From an uncultured virus (IMG/VR IMGVR_UViG_3300035670_000136) (lineage: Duplodnaviria > Heunggongvirae > Uroviricota > Caudoviricetes), in the IMG/VR virus record IMGVR_UViG_3300035670_000136: a DNA stretch of 20,000 bases. One strand, given 5' to 3'. The translations under genes and the position numbers were made by a program. This document shows, in pieces, positions 14,428 to 20,000 of the stretch. The notes beneath the pieces are model-generated. The model saw only the letters and a list, made by a program, of their open reading frames with translations, did not search any database and had not been told where the DNA came from. Positions within the stretch are counted from its first letter, which is position 1. Each line of letters opens with the position of its first letter.

Positions 14428-15041
14428 ATTCGTCGGTTTTGCTTTCAACAATTTACTATAGTGGCATAAAAAGTAAAACTGTTGAACTCAAAAGAGAGAT
14501 TTATGATAAGTTTGATCCGAAGAAGTATCCAAAACTTGGATTCGGAACTGGCATGCCATCAATAGAATTTTTAAATTATCTTTGGATCATGAATAACTGC
14601 ATGCCAAAAAATATAGAACCTAGCATTGCTAAAGCAGTGAAAGAAAATTCTAAGAATACAGTAGATGCTGAAGTTATTGTTTTTCTGAATAGCGGAATTG
14701 TTCCGCTCAATAAAGATTCTATTCAGATGATGGTCGACGCTGCCCTCGACGGTAAGATTTTCAATTTCTCATTGTGTGATGGAATTGCTTTTAGCAAAAC
14801 CACCTATAAAAAGTTAGGAGAACCTAACATGAGAGATTTACTTGCAGAGGCAAGAAAGAATAAAGTTCCAACAGTAACATTAACTGTCAGCAACATTAAC
14901 GATAGTAATAAAACATATGCCCTTGATGGTAAAGATTTGTTTTGGCAATCTGGTGGCGAAAACCACGAAGAAAAATTTTGGAATAAATGTGAAGAAGTAT
15001 TAGTGGGAGATATTTATGAAGATCGTAGTATTAAGCACTGA
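14415..15041 (+). CDS. Divergent GT-A-like protein, paralog of 15861..16583 lacking DxD
   Basis: Aligns by eye with the downstream gene (YLWIMN/YFWAMN; VFLNSGIVPLN/LILDIDCIPLN; FWNKCE/FWERCE); GTG start. Confidence 0.65.
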   Translation: METLNSSVLLSTIYYSGIKSKTVELKREIYDKFDPKKYPKLGFGTGMPSIEFLNYLWIMNNCMPKNIEPSIAKAVKENSKNTVDAEVIVFLNSGIVPLNKDSIQMMVDAALDGKIFNFSLCDGIAFSKTTYKKLGEPNMRDLLAEARKNKVPTVTLTVSNINDSNKTYALDGKDLFWQSGGENHEEKFWNKCEEVLVGDIYEDRSIKH

Positions 15042-15864
15042 TACTGAACATTATTTGCTGCAGTGGTGGCTTCCACACACTGCAAACAAATTTGATCTTG
15101 GTGTTATTGTTGATTTCAATTGTGATGATAACTCCGAAGATAACACCTACGAACTGTACAAGAAATTTGTGCCACATTGGCGTTACTATAAAGTTACCCA
15201 AAAAGAGGTCAGCAATTTCTTATGGGATGTTGTATTGAGTAAAATCGAGAAAGATTTACTTGCTGAATTTCCAGGAAGTTGGATTACAACTTTAAACGCT
15301 ACAGAATTCTTAGTTGGCGATTTATCATTCTTGGACAACATTAAAGTTAATCGTCAAGTTCTAATTCCATGTCATTTAATGAATGATACGTTGGAAAATG
15401 AAAACGTAGAACCTGATCCGAATGTACCGTTACTTGAACAACGGTATCACGGCGTTCACTACAAGTCAGACTATCCGCACCCTCATCGCGGTAAATCGTT
15501 TCAGTTGTTTGAAGAACAGAAACCTGCTGACGTAATTTTAAACACACGCTGGATGAGAAGCATTCACAACTATCCTGTGGATTATCTGGCAACGTCCATT
15601 TATTCTGTTGGTAGACATTTTTGGGATTTGACTCGCGCTACTGATCAACTCGCAATTTGTCATTTGAATCTTTCTCCATATACACAAACATTCTTACACC
15701 GTAAGAAAAACATTCAGAGACGTTTGACCGCCTCAGACCATCAAGCAGATCGTGGCATTCATCATCAAGTGAATGACGCTAAACTTGAAGCACGCAAGAA
15801 GTTTTACGATCAACTGACTGTAGATCTTTCTTCCGAAATAAAAAAACTAGAGAGTAATAAATGA
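15016..15864 (+). CDS. Putative glycosyltransferase (GT2-like)
   Basis: E.YLL.WWL.H....FD.GVIVD...S.DNT; W...LNATEFL; VGRH; H-L at the GT-A C-terminal site. Confidence 0.7.
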   Translation: MKIVVLSTDTEHYLLQWWLPHTANKFDLGVIVDFNCDDNSEDNTYELYKKFVPHWRYYKVTQKEVSNFLWDVVLSKIEKDLLAEFPGSWITTLNATEFLVGDLSFLDNIKVNRQVLIPCHLMNDTLENENVEPDPNVPLLEQRYHGVHYKSDYPHPHRGKSFQLFEEQKPADVILNTRWMRSIHNYPVDYLATSIYSVGRHFWDLTRATDQLAICHLNLSPYTQTFLHRKKNIQRRLTASDHQADRGIHHQVNDAKLEARKKFYDQLTVDLSSEIKKLESNK

Positions 15865-16583
15865 TGAAAAATCCTTGCATCGTAACATACTTCATGGGAA
15901 ATGTTTCGAATAAAACGGCTGAACTTCAACAGCAAGTTATCAAAAAATACAATAAATCAAACATTCCTTTGTATCAAGTAAAAGGTGAGATCCGTCATGG
16001 CGATTTTATTGATTATTTTTGGGCTATGAATGGCGTTGAAGTTGATGGCTTTAAAGATAAAAAATTAGAGCACAAATTTGAACACGATGCAATATTGATA
16101 TTGGATATTGATTGCATTCCTTTAAATGATAAAGCCATTGATTACTATTTGGAAAAGGCTGCTGAAGGTAAATTAATTGGTAATGCGCAACGCTCAAATC
16201 ACATTGAAAACGGTCAACACGTATTCGCAGCACCTTCAGCATTAGCAATTTCGAAAGAAACATTTATTAAAATCGGCACACCATTAGCGAAAGAAACGAT
16301 GCGATCTGATGTTGCTGAAGAGTATACTTGGGCAGCGGAAGAACATAATGTTCCAGTTGAGTTGACGATGCCTCTTTCTTATGCAAAGGCTCCTTACAAA
16401 TACAATTGGGAAAAAGATCAACGCCCCTTTTGGGCACTTAAAGATGGAATGCCTGTGTATGGTATAGGCACCTCATTCGGTAATGACGAGCATGGTGAAA
16501 TGTTTTATCACAACTTTCAAATATTTCATCCAGGCAGTCAAGAGATGTTTTGGGAACGTTGCGAGAAAGCATTGAATGCGTAA
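15861..16583 (+). CDS. Putative glycosyltransferase / nucleotide-diphospho-sugar transferase (GT-A)
   Basis: ILILDIDCIPL (DxD), RSDVAE, YH.F; located in the GT cluster. Confidence 0.7.
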   Translation: MMKNPCIVTYFMGNVSNKTAELQQQVIKKYNKSNIPLYQVKGEIRHGDFIDYFWAMNGVEVDGFKDKKLEHKFEHDAILILDIDCIPLNDKAIDYYLEKAAEGKLIGNAQRSNHIENGQHVFAAPSALAISKETFIKIGTPLAKETMRSDVAEEYTWAAEEHNVPVELTMPLSYAKAPYKYNWEKDQRPFWALKDGMPVYGIGTSFGNDEHGEMFYHNFQIFHPGSQEMFWERCEKALNA

Positions 16584-17169
16584 TGATTTATTAGACTTAT
16601 GCAAAACTAACAAATACGAAACTGATAAATTTGCTGAGAATAATGAGATTTGCAAATGGACAGAGGTTAAACATTCGTATGTTGAATCTGCATATGGAGA
16701 ATTATTCGAAGGTATTAGAGCGGCAAAAAATGTTTTAGAAATTGGAATTTTAACTGGCGGATCGCATCTTCTATGGAGAGATTACTTTTCGGAAGCCACT
16801 ATTGTTGGTATTGATATTAACCCTTGTGTTGCATTATTAAACCAACAAAGAATAGTTCAAATAACTGCCGACGCATACTCTATTGAAACTGCCAATTTAA
16901 TGAAAGACAATCTGTTCGATCTGATTATTGACGATGGTCCTCATACACTTTCTTCGATGAAAAGAGCAATAGAAAATTATTTGCCCAAACTTTCAAAAAC
17001 GGGTATAATGTGTATTGAGGATATTGCAGAATATGGATGGTTATATGAACTATCTAATATAGTTCCTCAAGAAATGCAAAAATGTATAAAGGTTTTTGAC
17101 CTTCGTGTTAAAGATAACAAAAATGATAGTATTCTTATGATAATTGACAAAGGTGACATAAATGGCTAA
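16576..17169 (+). CDS. Class I SAM-dependent (probably sugar O-) methyltransferase
   Basis: TDK...H.Y, VLEIGI..GGS..LW..YF, GIDI, DLIIDDGPH, IEDI. Confidence 0.88.
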   Translation: MRNDLLDLCKTNKYETDKFAENNEICKWTEVKHSYVESAYGELFEGIRAAKNVLEIGILTGGSHLLWRDYFSEATIVGIDINPCVALLNQQRIVQITADAYSIETANLMKDNLFDLIIDDGPHTLSSMKRAIENYLPKLSKTGIMCIEDIAEYGWLYELSNIVPQEMQKCIKVFDLRVKDNKNDSILMIIDKGDING

Positions 17170-17368
17170 TCGTAGTGATTTTTTTAACGCTAAACTTCCA
17201 CGCAGCATCAAACGATCGCTTGCAATGGCTGAAACGTATGGTTGGGTTAAGAACGCCCATGAGCGTGGCGATCTTCGTCGCGCCATGATCTCGGCGCATG
17301 CTAATCATGTTGGGTTTAAATTGAGACGCAATACTTCTGAGAATCGCGATTCTTCCGATGGTGAATAA
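17162..17368 (+). CDS. Hypothetical protein
   Basis: 68 aa, basic; AGGTGA SD. Confidence 0.7.
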   Translation: MANRSDFFNAKLPRSIKRSLAMAETYGWVKNAHERGDLRRAMISAHANHVGFKLRRNTSENRDSSDGE

Positions 17369-17646
17369 TGAATTCTCTCGCCGAACTTAAAGACCATTTC
17401 GCAAGAAATGATATTGCCATAAAAGAATTTATGGGCTGGTATCTTAAGGTTGGCAAAGATACATGGACCATGTCTAATGGCGTTTTTTATTGCAACAATG
17501 TTCCGCGCAATATGAAAGAAAAAACTCTTTTAGACAATTATGAACGAAAGATTGTAGATTCGATAGAAAAAGAAGTTGAATCGAAAGAAGAACAGATTGT
17601 TTCGCGCAAATGGAAGGCAATGTCGAGCAGAAAAGTTACTGAATAA
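17368..17646 (+). CDS. Hypothetical protein
   Basis: 92 aa; TAATG coupling. Confidence 0.7.
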   Translation: MNSLAELKDHFARNDIAIKEFMGWYLKVGKDTWTMSNGVFYCNNVPRNMKEKTLLDNYERKIVDSIEKEVESKEEQIVSRKWKAMSSRKVTE

Positions 17647-17675
17647 ATAATCAATCTGTTTATTCGGTTAATTAG

Positions 17676-18491
17676 ATGCAAATTATCGTTTTGCTGACCG
17701 CATTGTTTTTATCTGGTGTTGCTGCGTACTACTCAATCATTGGACTTACAGCAATATTCAGTGGCGCGTTTTGGTCCATCTTAATGATGGGCGCAGCGCT
17801 TGAAGTTGCTAAACTCGTCTCGGTTTCTTGGTTGTATCGAAATTGGGATCAATGTTCTTTATTGATGCGCTCATATATGACTAGTGCAATTGCAATTCTT
17901 ATGCTCATCACTTCAATGGGCATATTTGGTTATCTTTCAAGAGCGCATATTGAAAGTTCAGCAGCGAATACTAGTGACTTGATTGCGCAGATTGAAACTC
18001 TAAATGACAATATCGCAAGTAAAGAGTTTACAAGAGATCTTTACATTAAACAAATCACGAATATCGACAATACGCTAGTCAAGTATATAGAACTTGGAAG
18101 TGTGACTAGAGGGTTGCAAGAAAAACGCCGTTTAGATTCTGAAAGAAAAACCCTTGAAACAAATAGATCTGAAATTGATAAGGAATTGATTGCTCTAAAA
18201 AGCGAGCGTAACAAACTCCTTTCCGAACAGAAAAAACAAGAAGTTGAAATTGGTCCTTTAAAGTATATCGCTGAGTTGATATATGGTAAAGAGGCTGAAA
18301 ATCATTTTGATTCTGCTGTGCGATGGGTTATAATATTGCTTGTGCTTGTATTTGATCCGTTGGCGATTGTATTGTTGATCGCAGCAAACACAACGCACAA
18401 AACCAGAGGGCGGGCAATCAAAGTCTCTGGTAAAAAAGGTTACGTTGAAGTGCACAAATCTGATATACTGGATGTTGGTAAATTTAAATAA
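17676..18491 (+). CDS. Membrane protein with three N-terminal TM segments, long coiled coil and C-terminal TM
   Basis: AAYYSI.GL..IF, LEVAKLV..SWL, ITSMGIFGYLS.AH, EIGPLKYIA, VFDPLAI.LL; pattern recalled from large T4-like phages. Confidence 0.8.
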   Translation: MQIIVLLTALFLSGVAAYYSIIGLTAIFSGAFWSILMMGAALEVAKLVSVSWLYRNWDQCSLLMRSYMTSAIAILMLITSMGIFGYLSRAHIESSAANTSDLIAQIETLNDNIASKEFTRDLYIKQITNIDNTLVKYIELGSVTRGLQEKRRLDSERKTLETNRSEIDKELIALKSERNKLLSEQKKQEVEIGPLKYIAELIYGKEAENHFDSAVRWVIILLVLVFDPLAIVLLIAANTTHKTRGRAIKVSGKKGYVEVHKSDILDVGKFK

Positions 18492-18502
18492 AGGTGAACT
18501 AA

Positions 18503-18790
18503 ATGACTGTTAGAATTTTAAAATTGATTACAGGCGAAGAAATTATTGGCGAAGTTGTTTCTGAAAACGAAAGTCATATTGAATTGAAGAATCCACTTTC
18601 AATTATGCTTCGTCCTGCACAAGACGGATTTACTTTTGGTTTCGTTCCTTGGTGTAATCTTATGGAAGGTAATAAAAAGATATCTCACGATAGAATCATT
18701 ACTTCTGGCGATGCTTCTGACGATGTCAAGAATACCTATAACTCAATGTTCGGCGGCATCGTAACTCCTCCAAAACAACTGATTGTATGA
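18503..18790 (+). CDS. Conserved T4-like hypothetical protein (possible Sm-like fold)
   Basis: LKLITGEEII..V, NPL, PW, Y...FG.I..P; directly upstream of the DNA polymerase gene. Confidence 0.75.
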   Translation: MTVRILKLITGEEIIGEVVSENESHIELKNPLSIMLRPAQDGFTFGFVPWCNLMEGNKKISHDRIITSGDASDDVKNTYNSMFGGIVTPPKQLIV

Positions 18791-20000
18791 GTGCATTTTA
18801 CACTAATGTCACCATTATTGGTGACAATGTGTTGTTTCGCGGGATTAAAGACGGTAAGAGATTCCGCAAGAAGGTTCATTACAATCCAAAGTTCTATGTT
18901 AAGTCCACAACTCCAACTAAATGGCAAACTCTGAATAAAGAGTATGTTGAAGAAAAGGTCTTTAAATCCATTCGTGAGGCAAGAAACTTCATGGATGAAT
19001 TTAAAGACGTCAACAACTTTGAAGTGTACGGTTCAAACCGTTATGAGTATGCATTCATATCTGACATATTCCCAGAAGAAATTGATTGGGACTTGAGTCA
19101 GATATGTGTTGCATATATCGACATTGAGGTTGGATCTGAAAACGGATTCCCTGAACCTTCAAAGGCGACTGAAGAAGTCACCGCGATCACTCTCGGTATG
19201 GGTGGTCGCAATTATGTTTTCGGTTGTGGTGACTTCAATAACACCTTCGAGAATACAGAATACATCAAGTGTCAAGATGAATATGAACTTATCGAAAAGT
19301 TTATCGACAAGTGGACTTTATATTATCCTGACATCGTAAGTGGTTGGAACGTTCGTTTCTTCGACTTCCCTTATCTCGTAAATCGCATCACTCGTTTGTT
19401 TGGTGAAGATAAGGCATTGAAACTTTCTCCTTGGGGTAAAGTCACGTCTAGTGAAATTAATTTTCGTGGCAAGAAACAAACTTGCTATGAACTTTATGGC
19501 ATTTCAATCCTGGACTATTACGAACTCTATCGTAAGTATTCAGCAAATCCAAACCAAGAGTCCTACAAACTAGATCATATCTGTAGCGTTGAACTTGGTG
19601 AGCGTAAGTTAGATTATTCTGAATACGAAAACCTACATCAACTGTACAGACTCGATTATCAAAAATTTATCGAGTATAACATTCGTGACGTAGAACTTGT
19701 ACAAAAACTCGAAGATAAAATTCGTTTGATTGAACTTGCGATGACTTTGGCGTATGATGCTAAAGTAAACTATGATGATGTGTTCTCGCAAGTACGAATG
19801 TGGGATACAATCACATATAATACTCTGAAAGCCAAGCATATGGTTATTCCTCCACGCAAAAATGCAGAGAAGGATAGCCAGTATGCTGGTGCATTCGTTA
19901 AAGATCCGATCCTTGGTATGCACGAGTGGGTCGCGTCGTTTGATTTGAACAGTCTGTATCCTCACTTGATCATGCAATACAATCTCTCGCCTGAGATGTT
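18787..20000 (+). CDS. gp43: Family B DNA polymerase (T4 gp43-like), 3' truncated by window edge
   Basis: MSAFYTNV...; ExoI DIEVGSENGFP, ExoII GWNVRFFDFPYL, ExoIII YNIRDVELV, polymerase motif A SFDLNSLYPHLIMQYNLSPE; absent from the ORF track because it has no stop in the window. Confidence 0.97.
   Translation, partial: MSAFYTNVTIIGDNVLFRGIKDGKRFRKKVHYNPKFYVKSTTPTKWQTLNKEYVEEKVFKSIREARNFMDEFKDVNNFEVYGSNRYEYAFISDIFPEEIDWDLSQICVAYIDIEVGSENGFPEPSKATEEVTAITLGMGGRNYVFGCGDFNNTFENTEYIKCQDEYELIEKFIDKWTLYYPDIVSGWNVRFFDFPYLVNRITRLFGEDKALKLSPWGKVTSSEINFRGKKQTCYELYGISILDYYELYRKYSANPNQESYKLDHICSVELGERKLDYSEYENLHQLYRLDYQKFIEYNIRDVELVQKLEDKIRLIELAMTLAYDAKVNYDDVFSQVRMWDTITYNTLKAKHMVIPPRKNAEKDSQYAGAFVKDPILGMHEWVASFDLNSLYPHLIMQYNLSPEM

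Noticed and set aside
80..18927. Other minus-strand and nested ORFs in the track (e.g. 80..307, 764..1012, 4156..4503, 13178..13660, 11819..12094)
   Set aside because: They overlap well-supported genes and lack recognisable motifs.
19106..19977. ORF-track entries 19106..19339 (+) and 19633..19977 (-)
   Set aside because: Shadow frames inside the continuous gp43 reading frame.
1..20000. Stop-codon reassignment
   Set aside because: Core genes are full length under the standard code with tight stop/start overlaps; no fragmentation is seen.

Overview
A 20-kb segment of a large T4-like (myovirus-type) phage genome, almost all on the + strand. It holds the replication core (dNMP kinase, gp45 clamp, DsbA-like protein, gp44/gp62 clamp loader, RegA, 5' part of gp43 polymerase) and nucleotide/stress genes (dUTPase, dCMP deaminase, Hsp20). 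It also has three 2OG-Fe(II) oxygenases, a block of small early-type genes, and a glycosyltransferase/methyltransferase cluster. The most unusual signals are non-coding. (1) Two homing-endonuclease-like genes (one HNH, one lacking a recognisable nuclease domain) share a ~70-nt leader: TGTATAAATA late promoter, a covarying bulged hairpin, then an SD-sequestering hairpin. The HNH cassette appears to have displaced and replaced the 3' end of its host gene. (2) A 73-nt perfect four-way-junction (tRNA-like, non-tRNA) RNA candidate. (3) Two sigma70 promoters with a shared 31-bp upstream box containing an IHF consensus, which appear to give leaderless mRNAs. (4) A ROSE-like thermometer hairpin before hsp20. 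All calls come from reading the sequence; no searches were run.
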